From Chthoniobacterales bacterium (GTDB lineage: Bacteria; Verrucomicrobiota; Verrucomicrobiia; Chthoniobacterales; JAATET01): DNA of 64,000 nucleotides. Where the stretch lies: contig JBGTDR010000050.1 in assembly GCA_041748215.1 (NCBI GenBank), forward strand, positions 7,113-71,112. Direction: 5' to 3'. Shown one piece after another: positions 8,854 through 19,059 of this stretch. Each line of letters opens with the position of its first letter. Within the stretch, counting starts at the first letter, position 1. The notes below the pieces were generated by a model. It did not search any database, was not told the DNA's origin, and saw only the letters and a list, made by a program, of their open reading frames with translations. The translations under genes and the position numbers were made by a program.

Positions 8854-9696
8854 ATGAATATTCAGCGTTACCTTACGACAGCTGTGGTGCTGTTTACTGC
8901 ATGCATCCTACCCGCATCTGGTCAGAGCAGCTCGCTTTCGACGACGTTTGCCGCGAACGTTGGCGACACGGGACAGATGTTTGACATCGTCGCCGACGCC
9001 GATTTGAGCATCACGGGCTTACAGGTCGCCTACCGCCTCAATCCGTTGGGCGACTCCATCAGGATCTTCATCAAGTCCGGTACGTATGATGGATTTGAAG
9101 GCAATGCCGGGGCCTGGACGGAGCATGCGTCCGGCGAACTTCCGGTTTCCGCGCTCAATACGCCATCGCCGCTTTTCGTTCTGCCCACGCCGATCACCCT
9201 CTCCGCCGGTGAGCGGCTTGGCATGTACATTCGCCGGGCAATGTTGAGCAGCATCGCGCTTCGCAACGGTGATGGTTCGGGGACACTTGAAGCGTCCGAC
9301 GGAAATCTTCGCATTTTCGAGGGCATTTCCGTTTCGAACAATTTTGGTGCCACGGTGCCAAATCGCATTCCCAATGTGACAATCCACTACACTCTGTCGA
9401 CTCCAACCGTCCGGGTTTTTGCCGGCAAACGCATCCGCACAACGGCGAATCGCCAGGTGATTTTCGGTCTGGCGTCCGATGATCTCGATGTCCCGAGCGT
9501 GAGGGTTCGTTTCAAAAGACAGCGTACCAACGGCTCCAAGGTCACCGTCACGCGCAACGTTGCGGTTGCTCCGGATGGCACGTTTCGCACCGGAGTGAAG
9601 ACGTTTGCCGGCCGCAATCCGGTCAGATTTTTTGCGAGCGATTCTTCCAACCGCACCTCGCGTCCCGCAAAAGTGATCCTGATCCGGAAGGGTTGA
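8854..9696 (+). CDS. Secreted hypothetical protein with C-terminal Ig-like module
   Basis: The ATG at 8854 gives a clean signal peptide (MNIQRYLTTAVVLFTACILPASGQ). The upstream ORF extension from 8650 overlaps the DUF58 gene. Confidence 0.65.
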   Translation: MNIQRYLTTAVVLFTACILPASGQSSSLSTTFAANVGDTGQMFDIVADADLSITGLQVAYRLNPLGDSIRIFIKSGTYDGFEGNAGAWTEHASGELPVSALNTPSPLFVLPTPITLSAGERLGMYIRRAMLSSIALRNGDGSGTLEASDGNLRIFEGISVSNNFGATVPNRIPNVTIHYTLSTPTVRVFAGKRIRTTANRQVIFGLASDDLDVPSVRVRFKRQRTNGSKVTVTRNVAVAPDGTFRTGVKTFAGRNPVRFFASDSSNRTSRPAKVILIRKG

Positions 9697-9717
9697 CGCC
9701 GGGCCCAACTCGGTTGC

Positions 9718-10536
9718 TCAGGATTCGTTTTCGTCCGGTCGTCCCGGCTCAGACAGGCGGATCGTGCCGCTGCCCGGTTCCTTGGGCCGCATGACTTGAC
9801 GCTCCGGGATCCAGCCACGTTCGTAGAATGTCGTTGAAAGGTGGGCGGTAATTTCGCGCGCGGTACGGCGGGCGTCGTCGCTGAGGCCGGGAATCGCGCC
9901 AGTCCCAGCACCAAACGCCACCCCTCCCAGCCCCGTGATCGCAGTGGTCCCGGCCGCAATGGCGAGCCCGGCCGGCCCAATGCTCACCAGTCCCGTGAGA
10001 TTGACCACGGTGCCCGGTGCGGAATTCGATCCGCCGGTGGTCTGAATCGACATGATCGGTGTGGGCTGGGGCGTTGAAAGGTCATAGATAACGGCCGTAG
10101 TATCGACCTTGGTGCCGCCGAGGCCAAACCCAACGAGCGCACGCAAGGCGCGGCTGCCTTGTTCGATGCGGTCGAAACGGCCGACGATGAGCCATGCGTT
10201 CGAACGCGGTGGAATGGCGCTGCCGATCAATTTCTCCGTCGGCACCAAATTGCGATCGATTTGCTGAGCCAGGGAATCGCGCAGTTTTGCGGCAAATTGT
10301 TGCTGAAATTCCACAAGGCGCTCTCCGTCACGATCAACCCGGAGATTCTGCGCGGGCGCGGCAAAACTGGCGATGTAGATGCGGTCGGGAGCGGTTTTGG
10401 AACCGCCGGGAAGCGAACCGTCTGAGCGTGTCGCCGTCACCGAAGCGCATCCGACCGTCAGCAGCGCCGTTCCGCAAAGGAGGAGCGTGCAAAGTCGGGA
10501 GCGGGATAACAAGTGTGCAACGATTCGCGGGATCAC
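9718..10536 (-). CDS. Lipoprotein, hypothetical (DUF4410-like)
   Basis: GTG start and a lipobox (LLTVGC). A G/A/T-rich central segment contains LVGFGLGGTK. Confidence 0.65.
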   Translation of the reverse strand: MIPRIVAHLLSRSRLCTLLLCGTALLTVGCASVTATRSDGSLPGGSKTAPDRIYIASFAAPAQNLRVDRDGERLVEFQQQFAAKLRDSLAQQIDRNLVPTEKLIGSAIPPRSNAWLIVGRFDRIEQGSRALRALVGFGLGGTKVDTTAVIYDLSTPQPTPIMSIQTTGGSNSAPGTVVNLTGLVSIGPAGLAIAAGTTAITGLGGVAFGAGTGAIPGLSDDARRTAREITAHLSTTFYERGWIPERQVMRPKEPGSGTIRLSEPGRPDENES

Positions 10537-10918
10537 AACCAGCGGAGAGGAATAATGGCGACACCGCGCGTTGCCAAGTCAGGCGTCATGCCAATATCGG
10601 AATGAGGAACTCAGGAGCCGGAGCGCAGCGGCGACAGACGCAGTCAAATCAGGAAAAATTTACCGTGAATCTGTGCTGATCGGCGGAAGCTGGGGATCAA
10701 CTTCAGTCTGATGATTTCGTCGGGGTTCTGACGACGTTCAGGCAACTGGACGGGATGAGAAGAATTCCGCTTTTCATTCGCGATCCAAATCGGTAGCCAG
10801 ACCGTTACGCAGCGAACGGCATTCCGTCCGGACTGCTCATCAATTAAGGTTGCTGCCCGTTCTTAAAAAATTTCCCGCCGGATTCAGCAAGATTCCGCCC
10901 CCATTTCGACCCTCCACC

Positions 10919-11275
10919 ATGGACATCCTGAGTTATCTCGCCCTTGGCCTGCTTGTTTTTGCGATTCTGAGCCTCGCTTACGGACTAATCGCGATTCACG
11001 ACATCCCGTATCTGATCGCCAAGAAGCGGGGACATCCCCACCAGGATGCGATTCATTCCGGCGGGTGGGTGAGCCTCTTCACTTTGCACGCTATCTGGCC
11101 ATTTTTGTGGATTTGGGCATCAGCATATCATCCCGAGCACGGATACGGCGGTCGGCCTGCGAAAGCAGCGGAAGCTCCCAACGACGGAATGCCGCTGAGT
11201 CCTGAAGCCCGCATCGCGGAATTGGAAGCGAGACTGCAGAAGCTCGAAAACCCAACCGGCCCATCCGCCAGCTGA
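10919..11275 (+). CDS. DUF3302-like small membrane protein (YiaW-like)
   Basis: From the ATG at 10919: MDILSYLALGLLVFAILSLAYGLIAIHDIPYLIAKKRGHPHQDAI, followed by a second TM helix. It lies immediately upstream of a HlyD-family gene, as in yiaW-yiaV. Confidence 0.6.
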   Translation: MDILSYLALGLLVFAILSLAYGLIAIHDIPYLIAKKRGHPHQDAIHSGGWVSLFTLHAIWPFLWIWASAYHPEHGYGGRPAKAAEAPNDGMPLSPEARIAELEARLQKLENPTGPSAS

Positions 11276-11278
11276 GCC

Positions 11279-12427
11279 ATGGAACTTCTTCTCATTCTCA
11301 CGTACTCCGGAGTCGCAATCGCGATCTTCAAGATTTTCCGGATTCCCCTCAACGCCTTCACCCTGCTGACGGCTGTGCTCGGCGGCGTGGCACTCATTGG
11401 AGCGCTCCTGTTGGGCATGAACTACAATCATCCTTTCAGTAATCAGGGACGATTTTATTTCACGACCACGCCAATCGTTCCATCGGTGAGTGGTCGGGTG
11501 ATCGACGTGCCCGTGCAGCCCAATGTGCCGGTCAAGGCTGGTGAGGTGTTGTTCCGCATCGAACCCGAGATGTACGAAAATGCGGTTAAAGCCAAAGAGG
11601 CGGCGCTGGCCGATGCGCTTCAGGTGGTCGAGCAGCTCAAGGCGGCGTCCTCAACGGCCGGCAATCGCGCCAAGGCAGCTGGCGCTGCGCGGGCCGGGGC
11701 AGAGGACATTTATGTCCGCTCAAAGAAACTCATCGAAACCGGGGCCATCTCCCAGGTGCAGTTCAAACAATCCGAGGAGCGATTTTTTGCGGCACGCAGT
11801 GAGGCCGACGCCGCTGAAGCGGAGGCGACCCGCGCTTCGTTGGAGGCCGCGTCCGCCATCGAAGGTGTCAATACTGACGTCGCCCGCATCCAGTCCGACC
11901 TCGACACGGCTCGATTTGACCTCGAACAAACGGTCGTCCGCGCACCGACCGACGGAGTGGTGCTCCAGCTCTTTCTCCGCCCTGGCATGTACGCCGTGCC
12001 AATGCCGCTGCGACCGGTGATCGTGTTCATGCACGCGGAACGCCCGCAGTTTGCCGCCGCGTTCCTCCAAAACAGCGCGCAACGCATCATTGAAGGATCC
12101 GAGGCCGAGGTGATTTTAACCGCAGTGCCGGGCCGGGTTTTCAAAGCCCGCGTCGTCAGCACCGGTGCTTACATTCCGCAGGGGCAACTGCAACCGTCGG
12201 GGATTCTGGTCGATCCTGAACAAATTCGGGGAGAAGGCAGGATCATCGTGCAACTCGATTTCGAGGACGATTTGTCGAAGTTCCACATTGTGCCTGGAAG
12301 CGTCGGCGACGTCGCGATTTACACGCACTACATGCACCATCTCGCGGTCATGCGGAAAATTCTCCTGCGCATGAAATCCTGGACGAATTTTCTCTTTGGC
12401 GATGGCCACGGTGGCGGCGGTCACTGA
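11279..12427 (+). CDS. HlyD-family secretion/membrane-fusion protein (YiaV-like)
   Basis: N-terminal TM helices, then a lipoyl-like hairpin (GEVLFRIEP ... VVRAPTDGVV) flanking a long A/E-rich coiled coil. Confidence 0.8.
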   Translation: MELLLILTYSGVAIAIFKIFRIPLNAFTLLTAVLGGVALIGALLLGMNYNHPFSNQGRFYFTTTPIVPSVSGRVIDVPVQPNVPVKAGEVLFRIEPEMYENAVKAKEAALADALQVVEQLKAASSTAGNRAKAAGAARAGAEDIYVRSKKLIETGAISQVQFKQSEERFFAARSEADAAEAEATRASLEAASAIEGVNTDVARIQSDLDTARFDLEQTVVRAPTDGVVLQLFLRPGMYAVPMPLRPVIVFMHAERPQFAAAFLQNSAQRIIEGSEAEVILTAVPGRVFKARVVSTGAYIPQGQLQPSGILVDPEQIRGEGRIIVQLDFEDDLSKFHIVPGSVGDVAIYTHYMHHLAVMRKILLRMKSWTNFLFGDGHGGGGH

Positions 12428-12501
12428 GGAGTGCGACGAGGCGTCTCGTCTGCATTTCAGGAAAACCGCCGGACTTTTAACTCTGCGCTAAAACTGCGGA
12501 A

Positions 12502-14184
12502 TCAACCGGCGCGCGAGATGACCGTCTTGCCGTCGGGACAAACGAGGGCGGGGGACCAGTCACCCGGTGGCAGTGGCACGGGCTGGGGTTCTGCTGAAAA
12601 ATTGAAAGCCGCGACCACGGGACCGCGCCGGAGTGTGAACCAGCGTTGTCCTTCGTCGAACGCGATTTCGGCTGGGGCCTCGGGTGGAATTTCCGCGCGC
12701 ACGGCAATGAGGGAACGGTGCCACGCGAGCAGGTCGGAGTGGGGAGAGGCGGTAAGTTCGGCCCAATCGAGTGCCGAGCGGGTGAATGTGTCCGGCGCTT
12801 GCGGATCGGGCACATCCTGGACGTGATCATGAAATTCGGAAAATTCGCGACGACGACCTTCGGTGACAAGGCGGGCAAGATTTTGATCCTCGTGATCGGT
12901 GAAATAAAGAAACGGAGCAGACGCGCCCCATTCTTCGCCCTGAAAAAGCATCGGCACGAATGGCGAAAGCAGTGTGAGTGCAGCGATGGCACGAAGTGAG
13001 CCGGGATCAACAAGATGATTGAGGCGTTCGCCGAGCGCACGATTGCCGGTTTGGTCGTGATTTTGCGCAAAGACGACCAATTGATGCGGCAGCACGTCCA
13101 GCGGTGGTCGTCCGTGGGATCGCTGGCGCGACGGGCACCACTGGCCGTCAAAAACGTATCCCTGCTGGCAGGCCTTCGCCAAAACTTCCATCGATCCGAA
13201 GCCTGCGAAATAGCTGTTTCGTTCGCCGGTGAAGAACGCGTGCACCGCGTGGTGGAAATCGTCCATCCAGTGCGCCTGCAGGCCGTAGCCACCCCGGCCG
13301 TGGCTGTGCACCAGTCGCGGATCGTTGCGATCACTTTCGGCAATCAGGTCGAAATGACGTCCCAGCACCGCGCCCAGCTCCTCGACCCGAATCGCGAGAG
13401 CCTCGAGGAAATGCACGGCGCGTTCGTCGATGATGGCGTGAACTGCGTCGAGACGCAGGCCATCGAAATGATAGTCGCGCAACCACTGGAGGGCGTTATC
13501 GATGAAAAATTCGCGCACCGTGTCGCTGTGTGGTCCATCGAAGTTGACCGCTGACCCCCAAGGCGTGTGGTATCGGTCGGTGAAATACGGTCCGTATTGC
13601 CCGAGGTAATTTCCGTCCGGCCCGAGGTGATTGTAAACGACGTCGAGCAACACGGCGATGCCGTGGTCATGCGCAGCCTGGATAAATCGTTTGAGATCGT
13701 CGGGTGATCCGTAGGGCGGGTGCGGGGCAAAGAGGGCAACGCCGTCGTAGCCCCAGCCTCGTGCGCCCGGGAAACTGGCGATGGGCATCATTTCGAGATG
13801 CGTGATGCCGAGGTCGCGAAGGTACGGCAACTTTTCCGCCGCGGACGAATAGGTGCCATCCGGGGAGAACGTACCGACGTGGAATTCGTAAATCACTGCT
13901 CGTGACAGCGGTGCGGGTGACCACTCGCCGTCGTGCCACGGGAATGTCGTATGATCCACGACGGCCGACGGACCGTGGACGCCGTCCGGTTGCCAGGCCG
14001 AGCGGGGATCAGGCATCGGGTTGCCACCGTCGATGCGAAAGCGATAACGCGTGGTGGCGTCGGCTTCGGAAGTCAGCGCCCACCAGCCACTGTCCTCGGC
14101 GGTCATCGGGTGCGGATCGCCGGATTCCAATACGAGATCGACGGATTGGGCGTTGGGAGCCCAGACGCGGAAGGGATTCATCAT
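12502..14184 (-). CDS. treZ: Malto-oligosyltrehalose trehalohydrolase
   Basis: GH13 motifs are present (DVVYNHLGPDGNYL, GLRLDAVHAI, AESDRND, QNHDQ), along with an N-terminal FRVWAP domain. The first ATG is at 14184; the ORF-track TTG at 14193 overlaps the treY stop. Confidence 0.9.
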   Translation of the reverse strand: MMNPFRVWAPNAQSVDLVLESGDPHPMTAEDSGWWALTSEADATTRYRFRIDGGNPMPDPRSAWQPDGVHGPSAVVDHTTFPWHDGEWSPAPLSRAVIYEFHVGTFSPDGTYSSAAEKLPYLRDLGITHLEMMPIASFPGARGWGYDGVALFAPHPPYGSPDDLKRFIQAAHDHGIAVLLDVVYNHLGPDGNYLGQYGPYFTDRYHTPWGSAVNFDGPHSDTVREFFIDNALQWLRDYHFDGLRLDAVHAIIDERAVHFLEALAIRVEELGAVLGRHFDLIAESDRNDPRLVHSHGRGGYGLQAHWMDDFHHAVHAFFTGERNSYFAGFGSMEVLAKACQQGYVFDGQWCPSRQRSHGRPPLDVLPHQLVVFAQNHDQTGNRALGERLNHLVDPGSLRAIAALTLLSPFVPMLFQGEEWGASAPFLYFTDHEDQNLARLVTEGRRREFSEFHDHVQDVPDPQAPDTFTRSALDWAELTASPHSDLLAWHRSLIAVRAEIPPEAPAEIAFDEGQRWFTLRRGPVVAAFNFSAEPQPVPLPPGDWSPALVCPDGKTVISRAG

Positions 14185-14189
14185 GGAAT

Positions 14190-16847
14190 TCAATCGGTGC
14201 GCACGGCCAGGGCGACCGGGAAATCTCCAAAAACTTCGAGTGGGCTCACGTCACCGGTCAGTGCGGCTTCGGTGAAAACATTGCGCCACGAACCCTGCGG
14301 CAGGCCGATCACGGTGTCGTCCCAATCATCGCCCAGCGCGAGGGTGAATCGTGGCACGATCACAAGCACGTCATCGCCCCTTTGATACGTGAGCAGGTGG
14401 CCGAGCCGTGATCCGCGGGCACTGCGGGGTTGGTAAACGGCGTCGGGTCCGAAGGCGGCGGCATGACTGCGGCGCACGGCCAGCGTGCGGTGGATCATCC
14501 AAAGTTTCGTGAGACCGGTGTCCCATGCGGCCATGGCTTCGCGGGCATTGAGCGTGGCGGCACGGTTGAGGATTTCAGTGCGTTCGGTAAAATTGACGGG
14601 GCGGCGGTTGTCGGGATCGACCAGGCTGAGATCCCAGAGCTCGGTCCCTTGGTAAAAGTCGGGCGTGCCGGGCGCGGTCATTTTGATGAGGCTCTGCGCA
14701 AGACTGTTGACCCGGCCCGGATCGATCAGCGGACTGACAAATGTCTCCAGTTCGGCGAGAAATTCAGGGGATTCGAGGACGGATTCGGTGAATTCGCGAA
14801 TGCCTTCCTCGTAAGCCTCGTTTGGTTCGTGCCACGAGGTGCGAATCTTTGCTTCGCGACAGGCCTTGAGCATGTAACCCCACGCACGATCGAAGCTGAT
14901 CGGCCAGGCACCGATAAGAGTCTGATAAAGCAGGTATTCGGCGTGACGGTCAGGTTCGCGTCCGCGCCAGGATGGCTGATTCAAAATGGACCAGCGGGTG
15001 AGGGCTGCGGACCAACGCTCCGGGACCTCGGTGAGCACGGAAATGCGGGCGCGCACGTCTTCGCTGCGTTTGTTGTCGTGCGTTGAAGTCGCCAGCAGGC
15101 TTGCGGGCCAGCGGCTATGGAGGTGCGAAAGGAATTGGTGAAATTTTTCGGTCGAGATGCCGAAGTGCGACGGTTGGGATCCGACTTCGTTGCACGAGAC
15201 GAGGCGGTCGTAGAGATAAAATGTCGTGTCTTCGGCCCCCTTGGCCATCACGGCCGGAGCAAGCTGCTGCCAGCGTGCGATGAAGTCGTCCTCCAGCGAC
15301 CCGCTGAGCTCCTTGGTGAGCACGGATTCCAGAAATTCGAAAACCTCGGATTCGACGCCCGTCGCCAACGTGCGTGCGGCGGCGGTCGCGTCTTCGACAA
15401 TTTTTTCGTCAACGGCCGACGCCGGTAGCGCGTCCGGGGTGAGGTAAGTGCGATAAACGGGCAGCGCCGCCGTGAGCAACTTGAGCGCGGTGCGCATCTG
15501 GACACGGCTGAGGTCGTGCGTCTGCCAGCGGGACTGCGCAATGTTCAAGGCCTGGGTGGTGAGCCGTTCGAGATCCGCGCGGAAATGACCTTCAATAATC
15601 TCGAGTTTTTTCTCGCGAACGAGAGCGGGGTAATTGACCGGATGGCCGGTGAAGTCGGCGTAGGCTGCGGTGAACGAATCGGCCTTGTGTTCGTCGATCC
15701 AGAGGCGGTTCACCTTGCTGAGGAATTCGTAACCAACGGTGCCATCAATGAGCCAATCGGTTGGGAGTTCCTCTTCGGCATCGAGGATTTTTTCCGCGTA
15801 GATCCGTCCGTCCGGAAGCAACGCGCGCAGGCGCTCGAAATACTGACGGGGGTCACGCAGGCCGTCGGGATGATCGACCCGGAGGCCGTCCACGTCGTCC
15901 GACGCGACCATCTGCGCAATGCGGGCATGGGCGGCTTCGAAAACTTCCGGGCGTTCGACGCACACGCCGGCGAGCGTGCCGATGTTGAAAAAGCGGCGGT
16001 AATTGACAATCTCGCCTTCGAGTTTCCACCAACACAGGCGGTAATATTGATCTTCGAGCACTTGATGCATCCGGGCGGGATCCGCTGCGATGGCGTCACA
16101 GACGTCCTGCAATCGCTGCCGGGCCGCGTCGTCGCGCAACAGGCCGGCCATCGTCTGCTCGACCCGCGTGGCCAGCTCGCGGTAGCGCGAAATTTCGTCG
16201 GGTGCCGGAGAAAACCGGCTTCGCAATGACGTCAATTCCGCGAGTGGGAACGCCATCTCGGGCGGAACCACGCTGATCCAATGCCGCCACGACGCAACAC
16301 CGAGCGGCCACGTCTGATCGAAATAACGAACGCGCGGCAGCGTGCCATTGAGATCGATCGTGATGTCACCAGCGGCGATCACTTTGCCGTACGGACCACC
16401 CAGTGTGCAGATCGCGATCAGCCACTTCTCGGCGATGGCAAATGGCATGACGTCGAACGACCGCGTGTGCGAGCTGTACGGGCCATTGGCAAGCAGGCTG
16501 GACCACCACGGATTCGACGTGGCTGTGGTCATGTGATTGGGCACGATGTCGAGCAGGACCCGGAGTCCGTGCTCACGGGCAGACTGTTGAAATGCGGTCC
16601 AGCCCAATTCTCCGCCGAGTTCCTCACTTACGAAAGACGGGTCGGCCACGTCGTAACCGTGCGTGCTGCCGGTGGCTGCCTGGAGGACCGGCGAAAGGTA
16701 CACGTGGCTGATTCCCAACCGCGCGAGATATGGCAAAATCTCCTCGGCGGCCGCCAGCGGAAATCCACCGTGGAGCTGAAGGCGGTAGGTGGCAGTCCAC
16801 GGGAACGGCGATTGATGTCCGGAAGATGGCAACGGAGTAGCGTCCAT
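14190..16847 (-). CDS. treY: Malto-oligosyltrehalose synthase
   Basis: Carries TYRLQLHGGF...LGISHVYLSPVLQA..GSTHGYDV and DIVPNHM. The ATG at 16847 avoids overlap with glgX; the ORF-track start at 16889 is also possible. Confidence 0.88.
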   Translation of the reverse strand: MDATPLPSSGHQSPFPWTATYRLQLHGGFPLAAAEEILPYLARLGISHVYLSPVLQAATGSTHGYDVADPSFVSEELGGELGWTAFQQSAREHGLRVLLDIVPNHMTTATSNPWWSSLLANGPYSSHTRSFDVMPFAIAEKWLIAICTLGGPYGKVIAAGDITIDLNGTLPRVRYFDQTWPLGVASWRHWISVVPPEMAFPLAELTSLRSRFSPAPDEISRYRELATRVEQTMAGLLRDDAARQRLQDVCDAIAADPARMHQVLEDQYYRLCWWKLEGEIVNYRRFFNIGTLAGVCVERPEVFEAAHARIAQMVASDDVDGLRVDHPDGLRDPRQYFERLRALLPDGRIYAEKILDAEEELPTDWLIDGTVGYEFLSKVNRLWIDEHKADSFTAAYADFTGHPVNYPALVREKKLEIIEGHFRADLERLTTQALNIAQSRWQTHDLSRVQMRTALKLLTAALPVYRTYLTPDALPASAVDEKIVEDATAAARTLATGVESEVFEFLESVLTKELSGSLEDDFIARWQQLAPAVMAKGAEDTTFYLYDRLVSCNEVGSQPSHFGISTEKFHQFLSHLHSRWPASLLATSTHDNKRSEDVRARISVLTEVPERWSAALTRWSILNQPSWRGREPDRHAEYLLYQTLIGAWPISFDRAWGYMLKACREAKIRTSWHEPNEAYEEGIREFTESVLESPEFLAELETFVSPLIDPGRVNSLAQSLIKMTAPGTPDFYQGTELWDLSLVDPDNRRPVNFTERTEILNRAATLNAREAMAAWDTGLTKLWMIHRTLAVRRSHAAAFGPDAVYQPRSARGSRLGHLLTYQRGDDVLVIVPRFTLALGDDWDDTVIGLPQGSWRNVFTEAALTGDVSPLEVFGDFPVALAVRTD

Positions 16848-16866
16848 GATGAGCGAAGCTTCCGCG

Positions 16867-19056
16867 TTACCGCGCGTGGCCGAGAACAACGAGGGACCGG
16901 CCGGCGAGGCGGGCTTTGCCTCCGGTGATACGCTCCTTGCCGGTTTCGAGATCCGGACGGTTTGTGTCGAACGCGACGAACCAGCGTTTGCGTCGCACGT
17001 CCTTGGGCACGCGGAAATCGACCGGTTCGTGGTGGGCGTTCAGGAGAATGAGGTAATCATTGTCGCGCACTGGGCGGCCAAGGGTGTTGCGAATCTCAGG
17101 AGCATTGCCGGGCAGCATCATTCCCAGAGTGCGCATCCAGCCGCCGTTGTCCCAATCGGAGTCGCTCATTGGCTCACCGTCCGCGCGAATCCAGCGGATA
17201 TTCTCCTTGTGCGGGGCCGCCGCCGGATCGCTCTCGAAGAAGCTGTGGCGATGAAAATTGGGATGGCCGCGCCGGTAATGGATGAGGCGCGACGTAAAAT
17301 CGAGAAGCGAGCGCTGGGCGTCGTCGAGCTCCCAGTCGTGCCAGGAAATCTCCGTATCCTGGCAATACCCGTTGTTGTTGCCGCCCTGGGTGCGGCCGAT
17401 TTCGTCTCCGGCGCAGAGCATCGGCACGCCTTGCGAGAGCAGGAGAGTGGCGAGCAAATTCCGTTTCTGGCGTTCGCGGAGATCATTGATCGCGGGATCA
17501 TCGGTCGGACCTTCGGCACCGCAATTCCAGCTCTCGTTGTCGTTCGCCCCGTCTCGATTGTCCTCGCCGTTGGCTTCGTTGTGTTTTTCGTTGTAGCTGA
17601 CGAGGTCGTGCAGCGTGAATCCGTCATGGGCGGTGATAAAGTTGATGCTCGCGGAAGGCAGGCGGCCGCTGCCTTCGTAGAGATCGGCGCTCCCGGCGAG
17701 GCGGTGGGCAATTTCGGAATGCATGCCCATTTCGCCCTTCCAATATTTGCGGATCGAGTCGCGGTATTTCCCGTTCCATTCAGTCCAATTGATCGGAAAA
17801 TTCCCGACCTGATAACCGCCGTCGCCGAGGTCCCACGGTTCGGCGATCAGTTTGACCGTAGCGAGGGTGGGGTCCTGGTAAATTGTGTCGAAAAACGCGC
17901 CGAGTTGGTCGACCTCGTGCAACTCGCGGGCGAGCGCGCTGGCAAGGTCGAAGCGGAATCCATCGACGTGCATATCGGTGACCCAATACCGCAGGCTGTC
18001 CATGAGCCTCTGGAGGCTGTGTGGGTGCACCATGTTCAGCGTGTTGCCGCAGCCCGTGAAATCCATGTAGTAGCGCCCCTTGCCCTTGACGATCCGGTAG
18101 TAGGAGAGGTTGTCGATTCCGCGGAACGAGAGGGTGGGGCCCCGTTCATTGCCTTCGGCGGTGTGGTTGTAAACCACGTCGAGGATCACCTCGATGCCCG
18201 CCCGATGCAGCGCTTTCACCATTTCGCGAAATTCATTCACCACGTCCGCCGGGTGGCTCTGGCTTGCCGCGTAGGTCCGCTGTGGCGCGAAAAATCCGAG
18301 AGTATTGTAGCCCCAATAATTGTGCAGACCCTTTTCCTGGAGGTGCCGGTCGTCGGCGAAATATTGCACCGGCAGCAGCTCGATCGCGGTGACGCCGAGT
18401 TTGGTGAGATGATCAATGATCGCCGGTGAACCAATGCCGGCGTAGGTGCCTCGCAATTCCTCCGGCACATCCGGGTGCAATTTCGAAAGTCCTTTCACGT
18501 GCGCCTCGTAAATCACGGTGCTGTGCCACGCGGTGCCGGGAGATTTGTCGCCCTCCCAGTCAAAAGCTGCGTCCGTTACGATGGCGAGTGGCGCAAATGC
18601 GGCGCTGTCGCGTTCGTCGAACGAGAGGTCCTCGGCCTCGTGCCCGATCGTGTAGCCAAAAAGCGCGTCGTCCCATCGGATCTCGCGGCCGATGGCCTTC
18701 GCGTATGGGTCGAGCAGGAGTTTGTTTGGGTTGAAACGCAATCCGTTCTCGGGTTCGTACGGACCGTAAACCCGGTAGCCGTAAAGCTGGCCGGGACGCG
18801 CTTCGGGCACAAGAACGTGCCAGACGCCGTTGGTCCGCTCACGGATGCGGATCCGGCGCGACTCGGTGGTGTCTTCCGAATGATCAAACAGGCAGAGTTC
18901 GACGGCCTCGGCACCTTCGGAAAACAGGGAAAAATTGACGCCCTCACCGGTCCAGGTCGCGCCCTGCGGAAAGGGGCTGCCCGGGTGGTAAAATTCGTCG
19001 TCGGCCGGAAACGGCGCGGGCGCACCGGGCAAATTCGGTTCGTCAGGTCTGATCAT
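16867..19056 (-). CDS. glgX: Glycogen debranching enzyme GlgX/TreX
   Basis: Carries GVNFSLFS, DVVYNHTAEGN, GFRFDLAS, EPWD and ITAHDGFTL motifs. 729 aa. Confidence 0.92.
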   Translation of the reverse strand: MIRPDEPNLPGAPAPFPADDEFYHPGSPFPQGATWTGEGVNFSLFSEGAEAVELCLFDHSEDTTESRRIRIRERTNGVWHVLVPEARPGQLYGYRVYGPYEPENGLRFNPNKLLLDPYAKAIGREIRWDDALFGYTIGHEAEDLSFDERDSAAFAPLAIVTDAAFDWEGDKSPGTAWHSTVIYEAHVKGLSKLHPDVPEELRGTYAGIGSPAIIDHLTKLGVTAIELLPVQYFADDRHLQEKGLHNYWGYNTLGFFAPQRTYAASQSHPADVVNEFREMVKALHRAGIEVILDVVYNHTAEGNERGPTLSFRGIDNLSYYRIVKGKGRYYMDFTGCGNTLNMVHPHSLQRLMDSLRYWVTDMHVDGFRFDLASALARELHEVDQLGAFFDTIYQDPTLATVKLIAEPWDLGDGGYQVGNFPINWTEWNGKYRDSIRKYWKGEMGMHSEIAHRLAGSADLYEGSGRLPSASINFITAHDGFTLHDLVSYNEKHNEANGEDNRDGANDNESWNCGAEGPTDDPAINDLRERQKRNLLATLLLSQGVPMLCAGDEIGRTQGGNNNGYCQDTEISWHDWELDDAQRSLLDFTSRLIHYRRGHPNFHRHSFFESDPAAAPHKENIRWIRADGEPMSDSDWDNGGWMRTLGMMLPGNAPEIRNTLGRPVRDNDYLILLNAHHEPVDFRVPKDVRRKRWFVAFDTNRPDLETGKERITGGKARLAGRSLVVLGHAR

Positions 19057-19059
19057 AAA

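Noticed and set aside
12431-12826. A 131-aa plus-strand ORF follows the HlyD gene.
   Set aside because: Most of it lies antisense to the 3' end of treZ, its sequence is low-complexity, and only 74 nt of true intergenic space exists here.
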